From Rhodospirillaceae bacterium (GTDB lineage Bacteria; Pseudomonadota; Alphaproteobacteria; UBA6615): a stretch of DNA of 64,000 nt. How positions within the stretch are numbered: position 1 is the stretch's first letter; every line of letters starts with the position of its first letter. Positions 11,202-22,865 of this stretch are shown one piece after another. The notes below the pieces were generated by a model, which saw nothing but the letters and a program-made list of their open reading frames with translations, was not told the DNA's origin and searched no databases. Made by a program: the position numbers and the translations under genes. The stretch is taken from NCBI GenBank assembly GCA_002713365.1, contig PASR01000011.1, forward strand, positions 5,527-69,526, given 5' to 3'.

Positions 11202-12305
11202 TTATTCCATGATTATTTTAGGAGCTATGCGCGGTTGTTCACCAGACAAGGTATAGATAATTTTATTAGCTATTTGGCTGTAAATATTGGAGTAAGAACT
11301 TTCAGGTTGGCTAATTACCACTGGTTCACCAATATCAGATTTAACTCTAATATCTAGTTCAAGTGGAATTTCTCCAAGAAAATTACAGTTGAGCTTTTCT
11401 GCTTCTATTTTAGCTCCTCCGTGTCCAAAAATGTCAGTTCTATGGCCGCAATTAGGACATAGAAAAGTACTCATATTTTCAATTATACCGAGTACTGGAA
11501 CATTAACCTTTTGAAACATGTTAAGTCCTTTTCGGGCATCGATTAAGGCAATATCTTGCGGGGTTGATACTATGATAGCGCCAGCAAGAGGGACACGCTG
11601 TGCCATAGTAAGTTGAGCATCTCCAGTTCCCGGAGGCATATCCACAACTAAAATATCTATTTTACCCCAGTTTACATCTCTAAGCATTTGTTCCAAGGCA
11701 CCCATTACCATAGGTCCGCGCCATATCATCGGTGTTTCTTCATCAATAAGAAAACCAATCGACATTAACTTTATTCCATGTTTTTCCATAGGTGCAATTT
11801 GTTTGTTTGGCAAAGGCTTTGGTTTTCCTTTAATGCCCAACATACGTGGGATGGAAGGTCCATAAATATCTGCATCTAACAAACCAACACTGAGACCGAT
11901 CTTTTCCATAGACAGTGCTAAATTTACTGCTGTGGTAGATTTACCTACTCCTCCTTTACCACTAGCAACAGCTACGATCCATTTAACGTCTGGTGCTAAT
12001 TCCTTTTGATTATTGGTTTCTTTTGGTTTTACCTTAGATTCAGAATTCGGAGCAGTTTTGTGAGCTGTAAGGGCTACTGTAGCAGTTGAAACCCCTGGTA
12101 AATCTAGAATTTTTACTTCTGCCGCTCGCCTAAGCGGTTCCATTATTTCTTTTTCGGAAGGATTAATTTCAATAACAAAACTTACATTTCTATCTTTTAA
12201 AATTAGGTTATTAACCATATTTTTCTCTAGGATATTTTTATCCGTATTAGGGACATCTAATTCCGCAAGGGCAGCCCAAATATCGTCTTCCGAAATGGCT
12301 GTCAT
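11202..12305 (-). CDS. apbC: Fe-S cluster carrier ATPase Mrp/ApbC
   Basis: N-terminal DUF59-like region, deviant Walker A (SGKGGVGKSTTAVNLA) and a CPNCGH motif. Confidence 0.85.
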   Translation of the reverse strand: MTAISEDDIWAALAELDVPNTDKNILEKNMVNNLILKDRNVSFVIEINPSEKEIMEPLRRAAEVKILDLPGVSTATVALTAHKTAPNSESKVKPKETNNQKELAPDVKWIVAVASGKGGVGKSTTAVNLALSMEKIGLSVGLLDADIYGPSIPRMLGIKGKPKPLPNKQIAPMEKHGIKLMSIGFLIDEETPMIWRGPMVMGALEQMLRDVNWGKIDILVVDMPPGTGDAQLTMAQRVPLAGAIIVSTPQDIALIDARKGLNMFQKVNVPVLGIIENMSTFLCPNCGHRTDIFGHGGAKIEAEKLNCNFLGEIPLELDIRVKSDIGEPVVISQPESSYSNIYSQIANKIIYTLSGEQPRIAPKIIME

Positions 12306-12507
12306 ATTAGTAAACTCCTATTTAGTATAAATATCTTCATTAAATTCATTGCTTATCTGGCAATAAACACAATATGGGTATGGTATAGGCTTTATAACAC
12401 TCATTGAAAAGATTAGGCTTTAGTTTCATCTATAGAATATATTATAATTTCAATTCCTATTCTATGGATGTAAAATTAGTGATTTAATACTGACAGGGGA
12501 TTAACGG

Positions 12508-13641
12508 ATGTCGTGGAATAACCAAGGTAGTGGGGGCGGTGGCCCATGGGGCGGTGGCCCAAAAGGACAATGGCCTCCTAGCAGTGGAGGTGGTGGGGGT
12601 AGTGCCACGCCGCCAAATATTGAAGAAATACTGCGTCGTAGTCAGGATAAGCTAAAACGCTTTTTGCCGGGAGGCTTTGGAAGTGGCCGCTCTATTGCTC
12701 TTTTAATTGTGGGTTTAGTAGCTTTATGGTTAATGAGCGGGCTATATAGGGTTCAACCTGATGAGCAAGGTGTTGAGCTGCTATTTGGCAAATGGGACGG
12801 TGTTATTACAGAGTCTGGTCTTCACTGGCGCTGGCCTGCGCCTATAGGCGAAGTACAAACACCTAAAGTTACTGTAATTAATCGAGTTAATATTGGCTTT
12901 CAAGACAGTAGTGATCTTGGAGGGCGTGTATCTGGATCTAGAGATGTTCCACGTGAAAGCTTAATGTTGACAGGAGATCAAAATATCGCAGATGTAGATT
13001 TTACAGTGCAGTGGCGTATAATTAACGCCGGTAATTATCTATTTAATATTCGTGATCCTGAGGCAACTGTTAAGCTTGTTGCTGAAAGTGTTATGCGTGA
13101 AGTTGTGGGACAGACTAAACTTGATGATTTAATTACTACTGCACGTGAGCAAGTACAGGGACAGGCAAGAGTATTACTTCAGCAAGTGCTTGATGGGTAC
13201 GGTGCTGGGATAGGTATAGAGCGTATTCAGCTGCAGCTGACTAGCCCACCTCCGCCAGTAATTGATGCATTTAATGATGTTCAACGGGCTCGACAAGATA
13301 AAGAAAGGCTTCAAAATGAAGCCGAAGCATACCAAAACAGAATAGTTCCAACTGCACGTGGTGAAGCGGCAAGTGTTATTGAGGAAGCTACAGCATACAA
13401 AGAGAGAGTTACCAAAGAAGCAGAGGGAGAGGGTGCTAGGTTTAAAGAAATCTATCAATCTTATCTTATAGCTCCAGATATAACACGAAGGCGTTTATAT
13501 ATTGAGACCCTAAGAGACGTTTTGAAGGAAGCAAATAAGGTGATTATTGATGAAGGAGCTGAAGGTGGGCAAGGCGTTGTACCCTATTTACCTCTCAACG
13601 AAATCAACCGTAATCGTAATACCGATAGTGGAGGCCAATAA
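12508..13641 (+). CDS. hflK: protease modulator HflK
   Basis: Gly-rich N-terminus, TM segment and SPFH/band-7 domain. Immediately followed by hflC. Confidence 0.9.
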   Translation: MSWNNQGSGGGGPWGGGPKGQWPPSSGGGGGSATPPNIEEILRRSQDKLKRFLPGGFGSGRSIALLIVGLVALWLMSGLYRVQPDEQGVELLFGKWDGVITESGLHWRWPAPIGEVQTPKVTVINRVNIGFQDSSDLGGRVSGSRDVPRESLMLTGDQNIADVDFTVQWRIINAGNYLFNIRDPEATVKLVAESVMREVVGQTKLDDLITTAREQVQGQARVLLQQVLDGYGAGIGIERIQLQLTSPPPPVIDAFNDVQRARQDKERLQNEAEAYQNRIVPTARGEAASVIEEATAYKERVTKEAEGEGARFKEIYQSYLIAPDITRRRLYIETLRDVLKEANKVIIDEGAEGGQGVVPYLPLNEINRNRNTDSGGQ

Positions 13642-14543
13642 TGTCAAGAGTTAAGTTAGCAATATTTGGTGCCATCATTATTGCGCTAGGTATTATAATT
13701 AGTGTTTCTGTATTTACAGTCCGTGAAACGGAGCAGGCCTTGGTTTTGCAGTTTGGACAATGGAAACGTACAGCTTCTGATCCTGGTATACAGTTTAAAT
13801 GGGCTTGGCAGAGCGCTCAAAAATTTGAAAAGAGAGTGTTGAGCGTAGATCCGCCGGCGGAAGAAGTACTGTTAAGTGATCAAAAGCGTATTTTAGTTGA
13901 TGCTTTTGCACGTTATAAAATTAAAGACCCCTTGAAGTTTTTTCAAACGGTTCGTACAGAATCAACTTTTCAAAACAGGTTTGGTAATATTCTTACCTCA
14001 ACGGTGAAGGAGGTAGTTGCTCAGCAGGCTCTTGAGGATATGTTATCTGAGAAGCGAAACTCAATAATGGAAACAATACGAGATAGCGTTGCTAAAAACT
14101 CTGTTAGTTTTGGAATCGAAGTTGTTGATATACGTATTGGGAGGTCTGAATTGCCTGAAGCAGTCTCTCAGAACGTATATGATCGTATGCGTACTGAGAG
14201 AGAACGTGAAGCTAACTTGCTGCGTGCGGAAGGTGAAGAGAATGCAAGGCGTATACGTGCCACTGCAGATAGGCAACAAGTTGAGATTGTTGCTGAGGCA
14301 GAACGAGAAGCACAAGTTTTAAGAGGTAATGGTGACGCCGCACGTAATGGTATTCTTGGTGAGGCTTATGGCAAAGATCCTGAATTTTTTGAGTTTTTTA
14401 GATCTCTTGAGGCATATCGGGAGACTTTTTCAGATCCCGGTACTACTATGCTTTTAAAGCCTGATAGTGACTTTTTTCGTTACTTTGGTGATGTCGGTGG
14501 ATTGCCTGAAAGAAGATCCTCGGGAGCTACAAAAAGAAAATAG
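13641..14543 (+). CDS. hflC: protease modulator HflC
   Basis: SPFH-domain protein whose start overlaps the hflK stop. Confidence 0.9.
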   Translation: MSRVKLAIFGAIIIALGIIISVSVFTVRETEQALVLQFGQWKRTASDPGIQFKWAWQSAQKFEKRVLSVDPPAEEVLLSDQKRILVDAFARYKIKDPLKFFQTVRTESTFQNRFGNILTSTVKEVVAQQALEDMLSEKRNSIMETIRDSVAKNSVSFGIEVVDIRIGRSELPEAVSQNVYDRMRTEREREANLLRAEGEENARRIRATADRQQVEIVAEAEREAQVLRGNGDAARNGILGEAYGKDPEFFEFFRSLEAYRETFSDPGTTMLLKPDSDFFRYFGDVGGLPERRSSGATKRK

Positions 14544-14597
14544 AGATATATGATTTGTATTTAATTGTTTTTCTATGTTAGGGCTATGCATTGGTTG

Positions 14598-14655
14598 TAA
14601 ATTATTTAGGCAGAGTTTTGTTAATCTTAGATTTTAAGCCTGCCTAAATAATTTA
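14598..14655 (+). terminator. perfect 16-bp inverted repeat hairpin downstream of hflC (putative terminator)
   Basis: TAAATTATTTAGGCAG (14598-14613) and CTGCCTAAATAATTTA (14640-14655) are exact reverse complements with a 26-nt loop. Followed by a T-rich tract. Confidence 0.4.
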
Positions 14656-14867
14656 AGTGAGTATTTCTTTGTTAGATTTGTCGCGGTAAAGCCTGAGTCG
14701 TGCCCTAATTCAAACATATTAGAAATCTAAATTAGCCTTACTAAATATGGGATTAATAACTTAGTGCTTTTTGTGCATTATTCTAAGTAGTTATATTTTA
14801 ACTTGGCAAGTTAGCTAGGAAAATTACAAAGTAAATTAGTTTGATAATTAGTTTATTAATAGGAGAA

Positions 14868-16385
14868 ATGAAAAAAATGCTGTCCAGACAAACCCATGAT
14901 GTTCATAGGGCTTTTAAGAAGATGGTCAAAATTAATTTTTGTCTGAGCTCCTATTTGTGGATATCATATTTTATAGTTGCTCTTACTTTATTTGCACTGC
15001 CTGTTAGCGCCAGATCAACTCCTGATTCATTTGCTGATTTAGCGCAGAAACTCTCGCCAGCAGTAGTTAATATATCGAGTTCACAATTAATTAGCAAAAA
15101 CCCTAGACAAGGACTTCCTAAAGCTCCTCCAGGTTCTCCTTTCGAAGATTTTTTTAAGGAATTTCTTGAAAAAAATAGGAAGGATGGAGGACGTCGTCAG
15201 GCGACTTCTTTGGGTTCCGGTTTTATAATTGATAAATCAGGTTTTGTTGTAACCAATAATCATGTGATTGCAGAAGCAGATGAAATTAAAGTTAAGCTGC
15301 ATGATGATAGTATTCACGTTGCAAAATTAATAGGACGAGACCCTAAGACTGATTTAGCCTTATTAAAAATTGAACCTAAGAAAGACTTGCCTTTTGTTAG
15401 CTGGGGTAACTCTAAGTCTGCAAGGGTGGGTGATTGGGTTCTCGCCATAGGGAATCCATTCGGACTTGGTGGAACCGTAACAGCAGGTATTATTTCCGCA
15501 AGACAAAGGGATATTAGACAGGGGCCCTATGATAGTTTTTTACAAACTGATGCTTCTATTAATAGGGGAAATTCTGGCGGGCCTATGTTTAATATGAGAG
15601 GCAAGGTAATTGGTGTTAATACTGCTATATTCTCTCCAACTGGAGGAAGTGTGGGGGTTGGGTTTTCTATTCCATCTTCTATTGCTAAGAGTGTTGTAGC
15701 TCAATTGAAAGAGTTTGGTCGTACTAAACGAGGCTGGCTTGGAGTTAGGATTCAAGAGGTTACTTCTGAAATAGCTGATAGCTTGGGTCTTGAAAAAACT
15801 ATAGGCGCACTTGTTGCAGAGGTTTCAGTTGGAGGACCTGCAGAGAAGAGTAATATTTTAGCAGGAGACGTAATTTTACGGTTTGATGGTAAGACAGTTC
15901 AACAGATGCGCGATCTTCCAAGAATAGTTGCTGAAACTAGAATTGGAAAACCAGTAAAGGTTGATGTTTGGCGAAAAGGTAAGCGGCAGATTATTAATGT
16001 ACTTGTAGGAGAGCTGGAAGAAGAGAAACCCGTTCTAAGTGCTACATCTCCTGCAGAAAGTTCTGGTAAGCCTAAAAACAGCGAAATAGAATCAATTGGT
16101 TTGGCGGTTACTGAAATTACAAAATCAATGCGTGAACAATATAATGTACCAGATGATATAAGAGGTGTATTGGTTACAGGTGTTGTAGCTGGATCAGGAT
16201 CAGCTGAGAAAGGTCTTAAGCCTGGTGATATCATTGTAGAAGTAAATCAGGAAGAGGTTTCTCTCCCTGGTCAGATAACCGCAAAAATAAATCAAGCAAT
16301 AAAAAATGGTCGAAATTCTATACTGTTATTAGTGAATCGTAATGGAACTTTAAGATTTCATGCAGTACGTATCGATAAGAACTAA
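14868..16385 (+). CDS. degP: periplasmic serine endoprotease DegP/HtrA (Do family, two PDZ domains)
   Basis: Catalytic triad regions (HV..A, D.A.L, GNSGGP), two PDZ-like C-terminal segments and a signal peptide. AGGAG precedes the ATG at 14868. An alternative start at 14922 would give a cleaner signal peptide. Confidence 0.85.
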   Translation: MKKMLSRQTHDVHRAFKKMVKINFCLSSYLWISYFIVALTLFALPVSARSTPDSFADLAQKLSPAVVNISSSQLISKNPRQGLPKAPPGSPFEDFFKEFLEKNRKDGGRRQATSLGSGFIIDKSGFVVTNNHVIAEADEIKVKLHDDSIHVAKLIGRDPKTDLALLKIEPKKDLPFVSWGNSKSARVGDWVLAIGNPFGLGGTVTAGIISARQRDIRQGPYDSFLQTDASINRGNSGGPMFNMRGKVIGVNTAIFSPTGGSVGVGFSIPSSIAKSVVAQLKEFGRTKRGWLGVRIQEVTSEIADSLGLEKTIGALVAEVSVGGPAEKSNILAGDVILRFDGKTVQQMRDLPRIVAETRIGKPVKVDVWRKGKRQIINVLVGELEEEKPVLSATSPAESSGKPKNSEIESIGLAVTEITKSMREQYNVPDDIRGVLVTGVVAGSGSAEKGLKPGDIIVEVNQEEVSLPGQITAKINQAIKNGRNSILLLVNRNGTLRFHAVRIDKN

Positions 16386-16443
16386 TGAAAATCATTACTT
16401 AATTTAATTATTGTAAAAGATTAGAGTTTATGAGGGTTATAAT

Positions 16444-17718
16444 TTGACACATACAAGTGATACAACTGTTTATCATTCGCGTCTAATTTATCCCTTTCAA
16501 GGGTTACGACCCCAGACAGAATCAGTTGATGAGGTCGCAGCACCGCCCTATGATGTTTTATCTAGTTCTGAAGCTCGTCTACTAGCACATGATAAGCCGC
16601 TAAGCTTTCTTCACATATCAAAACCGGAAATTGATTTACCAGAAGGCACTGATCCATTTTCTAATGCTGTTTATGAAAAGGGTGCAGAAAATATATGCAG
16701 TATGCTTGAATCTGGGGTCTTAGTTAAAGATAAGAATTCTTGCTATTATATTTATAGATTAGAAACTGAAAACCACAGGCAAACCGGGTTGGTAGGTGTT
16801 GCTCCTATAAGCGCCTACGATGAAAATCGTATTCGAAAGCACGAATTTACACGGCCAGATAAAGAGACTGACCGGGTAAAACAAATCGATTATGTTAATG
16901 CACAAACTGGACCTGTGTTACTGGTACATCGACCCTCAGAACCTATTTCTATGATTTTACATGAAATTACTATGGGGCCATCACTTTATGAGGTTGAGTT
17001 AAGTGATGGAGTTAAACACTCATTATGGCTTGTTGAAGATAGTGCAGTTAAAAGCCGTATAGACACAGCTTATGAAGATTTGGATTGTTTATATATAGCT
17101 GACGGTCACCATCGCTCGGCTGCTGCTTCGCGGGTATGTGATATTAGACGAAGTGCTAATCCTAATCATAATGGCAGCGAGGCTTATAATAGGTTTTTGA
17201 TTGTGGCTTTTCCATCTAATGAATTACAAATATTAGATTATAATCGTATTGTTCTCGACTTGAATAATCTATCTTCGGATAATTTTCTCGATCGATTAAA
17301 TAAAGATTTTGAGGTTATACATTCTGATCATCCAGTAAAACCCAATTGTCGAGAAGTTTTTGGTATGTATTTAGAAAAGAATTGGTATAAACTTAAATTA
17401 CGTGTATCTCCTCGCAGAGAAATATCTATTATAGAGCAGTTGGACGTCCGTATATTATCTGATCGTATATTAGAGCCAATACTAGGGGTTGGTGACTTAC
17501 GTACCGATCCACGCATTAATTTTGTGGGAGGTGTTCGCGGTCTTGAAGAACTAGAACTAAGCGTTGATAGTGGAAAATGGGAAGTTGCATTTTCTCTTTT
17601 TCCAACAGAGATAGAAGATTTAATGACTGTTGCTGATATAGGCGAAGTGATGCCACCAAAATCAACTTGGTTTGAACCTAAGCTTGCTGATGGATTAGTT
17701 TCATACCCTATAGAATAA
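16444..17718 (+). CDS. DUF1015 family protein (conserved, function unknown)
   Basis: 424-aa ORF with the N-terminal IYPFQGLRP...APPYDVLSS...SFLH pattern typical of DUF1015 proteins. Confidence 0.6.
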   Translation: MTHTSDTTVYHSRLIYPFQGLRPQTESVDEVAAPPYDVLSSSEARLLAHDKPLSFLHISKPEIDLPEGTDPFSNAVYEKGAENICSMLESGVLVKDKNSCYYIYRLETENHRQTGLVGVAPISAYDENRIRKHEFTRPDKETDRVKQIDYVNAQTGPVLLVHRPSEPISMILHEITMGPSLYEVELSDGVKHSLWLVEDSAVKSRIDTAYEDLDCLYIADGHHRSAAASRVCDIRRSANPNHNGSEAYNRFLIVAFPSNELQILDYNRIVLDLNNLSSDNFLDRLNKDFEVIHSDHPVKPNCREVFGMYLEKNWYKLKLRVSPRREISIIEQLDVRILSDRILEPILGVGDLRTDPRINFVGGVRGLEELELSVDSGKWEVAFSLFPTEIEDLMTVADIGEVMPPKSTWFEPKLADGLVSYPIE

Positions 17719-17744
17719 ATTAATCTCTATGGAGATATTAGCCT

Positions 17745-18689
17745 ATGAAGCAGTCCCCGGTCATTGTGATTGGTGGGCCGACTGCCTGCGGCAAGTCTGG
17801 CCTGGCTCTTGCTATTGCAGAAAATTTTGATGGTATTATAGTTAATGCTGACGCAATTCAGGTCTATCGTGACTTAAGAATTCTCACAGCTCGTCCTACT
17901 GAAGATGAAGAAAAAAGAATACCCCATCGTTTATATGGAATTTTAGATGCTAAAGAGAGCTGCTCTGCGGGGACCTGGCAAGCTTTGGCTTTGAAAGAGA
18001 TTGAAAATATTCAAAATATTGGGAAACTGCCAATTATTGTAGGAGGAACAGGCTTATATCTAAAAGCTTTAACTGAAGGAATTGCTCCAATCCCTAAAAT
18101 ACCTCTTTCAGTTCGTAAGTCAGTGCGTGAGTTTTATTCTGAGGTGGGAAAAGCAGAATTTTACACCCAATTTACAAAAAAAGATCCAATTACGGCTGCA
18201 AGGATTCAACCCAATGATGCGCAACGTCTTATGAGAGCTTGGGAGGTAATGGAGGCGACAGGTAAATCAATTTCATTATGGCAAGAAGAAAAAATGCAGT
18301 CACCCAACTTGAAGTTTACTATGGTTGTCGGCACACCACTACGCGAAACTTTGTACGCGGCTTGTGATAAAAGAATTTTCAATATGATCTCTGATGGGGT
18401 TCTGGAAGAGGTTAAGGCATTAATGATACGCTTTCAAAATGAAAAGTTTAATAATCTTCCAGTATTTAAAGCTATTGCGTTTAAGGAGTTCTCTTCCTAT
18501 TTAGCTGGAGACACTACTCTTGATATAGCGATTACTAAAGCACAACAACAAACTAGAAGATATGCTAAACGACAGATGACGTGGTTTAGGAATCAAACCA
18601 ATATTGATGCAGGCAATAAAAAAAGAAATGTAAAGGTTTTGAAATATTCTTACTTGAATCATGATAAAATCATTTCAGATATATCTTGA
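17745..18689 (+). CDS. miaA: tRNA dimethylallyltransferase
   Basis: P-loop GPTACGKSGLAL followed by DAIQVYRDLRILTARPT. Confidence 0.9.
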   Translation: MKQSPVIVIGGPTACGKSGLALAIAENFDGIIVNADAIQVYRDLRILTARPTEDEEKRIPHRLYGILDAKESCSAGTWQALALKEIENIQNIGKLPIIVGGTGLYLKALTEGIAPIPKIPLSVRKSVREFYSEVGKAEFYTQFTKKDPITAARIQPNDAQRLMRAWEVMEATGKSISLWQEEKMQSPNLKFTMVVGTPLRETLYAACDKRIFNMISDGVLEEVKALMIRFQNEKFNNLPVFKAIAFKEFSSYLAGDTTLDIAITKAQQQTRRYAKRQMTWFRNQTNIDAGNKKRNVKVLKYSYLNHDKIISDIS

Positions 18690-18966
18690 CAACAAAATAT
18701 TTGTTATTATGTTGCGTGCCGGTGTTGAGCAATGGTTTGGATAGTTAGCCAATTTGATGACTTCTGATGGTGTAATATTAATTTCTAGGTTAGAAGTTTT
18801 ATTGTAATATCTAATGCCTATTATAAATATTTGATGGGATACTGAGGTGGGTCAATATTTTTGGGCTTTTTTAAGTAATATTGTTGGTGTAGTGGTATAA
18901 TTATCTTTACGACAGTTTTTGTTAAATTTGGAATCTTTCGGTGAATATTTTGAAAGGTAGTATGGG

Positions 18967-20736
18967 ATGTCTGAAAATCGTATGTCAGGCGCTGAAATAG
19001 TTATAAAAGCGCTTGCCGATCAAGGTGTTGAAGTTATATTTGGTTATCCTGGTGGTGCAGTATTACCATTGTATGATGCAATTTTTAAACAAAATAGAGT
19101 AAAGCATATTTTGGTGCGTCATGAACAAGGTGCTGTTCATATGGCTGAGGGATACGCCCGGTCGACTGGTAAAACTGGCGTGGTACTAGTCACGTCAGGA
19201 CCAGGAGCTACTAACGCGGTAACTGGTTTAACCGACGCTTTGATGGATAGTGTGCCCTTGATATGTTTAACTGGACAAGTTCCTACGCACCTAATTGGTA
19301 ATGATGCTTTTCAAGAAGCAGACACTACAGGCATAACAAGACCTTGCACTAAGCATAACTATTTAGTTAAAGATGTAGCAGACTTACCTTCTGTTATGCA
19401 TGAAGCTTTTTATATAGCTGCATCTGGGCGGCCAGGGCCAGTAGTTATAGACTTACCAAAGGATGTTCAATTTGCTGAGGGTGAGTATATTGGACCTGAA
19501 AAGGTTGAACAACGACATTATCAACCACAAAAAACTGGAGATCCTCAGAGCATTAAAGAGGCGGTCGATTTAATAGCTAAGGCTAAGAGACCAATATTTT
19601 ATATTGGAGGAGGTTGTATCAACTCTGGAATAGCTTCTTGTAGAGCTGTAACTGAGTTGGTCAAGCTCACTGGCTATCCGGCAACTACCACTTTGATGGG
19701 ATTAGGGGCAATTCCATCATCATCACCACAGTGGTTGGGAATGCTGGGTATGCATGGAACTTACGAGGCTAATCTAGCTATGCATGGGTGTGATGTCATG
19801 ATTGCGGTTGGCGCTAGATTCGATGATAGAGTAACTGGTCGAATTGATGCTTTTTCTCCAGGGTCTAAAAAAATACATATTGATATTGACCCAAGCTCCA
19901 TTAACAAAAATGTTGCAGTAGATATACCTATTATTGGAGATATTGGATCAGTAATTAGTCAAATGCTGGATGTATGGAAAAAGAAATCTCCTAAAATAGA
20001 TGGTAAAGCAATAGAAAATTGGTGGAAACAATTAGACGAATGGAGATCCGTTGATTGTTTGCAATATGAGCAAGGCTCATCACCCAAAGATTCTATTAAG
20101 CCGCAATATGCAATTCAAAGATTATATGAGCTTACTAAGGATCGTGAGACTTTTATTACCACAGAGGTTGGTCAGCATCAAATGTGGGCGGCTCAATTTT
20201 ATAAATTTGAAGAACCAAATCATTGGATGACTTCTGGCGGTCTTGGAACAATGGGTTATGGGCTGCCGGCAGCAATTGGCGTTCAGGTTGCTCACCCAGA
20301 TAAGTTGGTTGTGGACATTGCTGGCGAAGGTTCAACAATGATGAATATACAGGAATTGGGAACTATGGCCCAATACAACTTACCAGTTAAGGTTTTTATC
20401 ATTAATAACGAATGGCTTGGAATGGTACGTCAATGGCAAGAATTGCTTCATGGTGGAAGATATGCTGAATCATACTCAGCAGGTTTACCAGACTTTATTA
20501 AACTTGCTGAATCTTATGGAATGACAGGGTTACGAGCAACACAACCTGATCAAGTTGATAGTGTCATTGCTCAGATGTTGGAAACGCCTGGACCAGTAAT
20601 AGTGGATATGGTTGTTTCAAAGGAAGAAAATTGCCTGCCTATGATCCCTGGAGGAGCAGCCCATAATGAAATATTACTGGGTCTTAATGAACATGAAGAA
20701 CAGACACAATCTGAAGATGGAATGGTACTGGTATAG
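18967..20736 (+). CDS. ilvI: acetolactate synthase large subunit (biosynthetic type)
   Basis: 589-aa TPP enzyme with the GYPGGAVLP N-terminus and TPP-binding GLGTMGYGLPAAIG. Followed by the small subunit gene. Confidence 0.9.
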   Translation: MSENRMSGAEIVIKALADQGVEVIFGYPGGAVLPLYDAIFKQNRVKHILVRHEQGAVHMAEGYARSTGKTGVVLVTSGPGATNAVTGLTDALMDSVPLICLTGQVPTHLIGNDAFQEADTTGITRPCTKHNYLVKDVADLPSVMHEAFYIAASGRPGPVVIDLPKDVQFAEGEYIGPEKVEQRHYQPQKTGDPQSIKEAVDLIAKAKRPIFYIGGGCINSGIASCRAVTELVKLTGYPATTTLMGLGAIPSSSPQWLGMLGMHGTYEANLAMHGCDVMIAVGARFDDRVTGRIDAFSPGSKKIHIDIDPSSINKNVAVDIPIIGDIGSVISQMLDVWKKKSPKIDGKAIENWWKQLDEWRSVDCLQYEQGSSPKDSIKPQYAIQRLYELTKDRETFITTEVGQHQMWAAQFYKFEEPNHWMTSGGLGTMGYGLPAAIGVQVAHPDKLVVDIAGEGSTMMNIQELGTMAQYNLPVKVFIINNEWLGMVRQWQELLHGGRYAESYSAGLPDFIKLAESYGMTGLRATQPDQVDSVIAQMLETPGPVIVDMVVSKEENCLPMIPGGAAHNEILLGLNEHEEQTQSEDGMVLV

Positions 20737-20780
20737 GCTAGTAATACTTTCTTATTCCGTTTTATAAGTACGAGTGTAAA

Positions 20781-21296
20781 ATGAAAAATAATATTGAACG
20801 ACATGTTCTGGCAGTACTAGTTGATAATGAACCTGGCGTATTAGCTAGAGTTGTTGGTCTATTCTCAGGTCGCGGCTATAATATTGAAAGTTTAACTGTT
20901 GCTACGGTAAGTGAAGATGATTCATCTTCAAGAATAAATGTAGTGACATCGGGTACTCCAATGATTATTGAGCAGATTAAGGCACAGTTGGAACGCTTAG
21001 TTCCTGTACAAGAGGTTAATGATTTAACAGCTGAGGGACCTCATGTTGAACATGAGTTTATATTGATAAAAATTACTAATACCGGTCCCGAAAGGCTAGA
21101 AGCCTTGCGTATTGCCGATATATTTCGTGCTAGAGTTGTCGACACAGCGGTAGATTCTTTTGTTTTTTCTATAAATGGTTCACCTGAAAAAATTGAGAGT
21201 TTTTTAGAGTTGATGCGTAATCTTGGAATGGTTGAAATTGCTCGATCAGGAGTTGTTGCGATAAAACGTGGAGAAAAAAGAATAGATAATGATTAA
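20781..21296 (+). CDS. ilvH: acetolactate synthase small (regulatory) subunit
   Basis: 171 aa with ACT-domain N-terminus HVLAVLVDNEPGVLARVVGLFSGRGYNIESL. Confidence 0.9.
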   Translation: MKNNIERHVLAVLVDNEPGVLARVVGLFSGRGYNIESLTVATVSEDDSSSRINVVTSGTPMIIEQIKAQLERLVPVQEVNDLTAEGPHVEHEFILIKITNTGPERLEALRIADIFRARVVDTAVDSFVFSINGSPEKIESFLELMRNLGMVEIARSGVVAIKRGEKRIDND

Positions 21297-21390
21297 TTTT
21301 TTTTAAGTCATTTTAAAGTCCGCGTTGGCAAATGGTACTTCGACATGTAAATAACATTTATTATTGAACATTTAGATTTAAAAATTATAA

Positions 21391-22434
<1,044 letters not shown>

Positions 22435-22780
22435 ATATTTATAGGTATAAGGTAATAAATTTAACTATAAAAAAAATAGATATTTTCGTATTTATTATAT
22501 TTTATAGGCATAATTTTTAATAAAATCATTGCGGTAAACAATAAAAAGGGCCTAGAACTAAGTAATTAATATTAATTTTTTGATAAATTGCTTACTTAGT
22601 ATTTGCATGTTTAAATTTTTATGGGTTAGTGGTTGAGTAGATTTATGACTAACTCAGATGAACTTAGATAAGGAATTATAGAGATTGCGTCATTTATTTG
22701 CGGGGTATGAAGTGAATAGATTTTCGAAAATTTTTTTCTATTCCATATTAATAAGTAGGTTTTTTTATTTTACGAAGAAG

Positions 22781-22865
22781 ATGTTCAGCGGCAGCTTTAG
22801 TCAACGACTTAGGTGCCCCTAAACATCATTATAACCCATAGTATTGGGTTGTCATGTTTAGGGGG
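22781..22865 (+). promoter_or_regulatory. leuA 5' leader: 13-codon uORF whose stop lies inside an 11-bp stem hairpin
   Basis: ATG at 22781 encodes MFSGSFSQRLRCP with its stop at 22820-22822. CCCCTAAACAT (22816-22826) pairs with ATGTTTAGGGG (22854-22864). The 480-bp gap between ilvC and leuA contains no other ORF. Confidence 0.3.

Noticed and set aside
22781-22865. Classical leucine transcription attenuator upstream of leuA
   Set aside because: The uORF has a single Leu codon and the hairpin is not followed by a U-tract, so a canonical Leu-codon attenuation terminator is not supported. Kept only as an unexplained leader structure.
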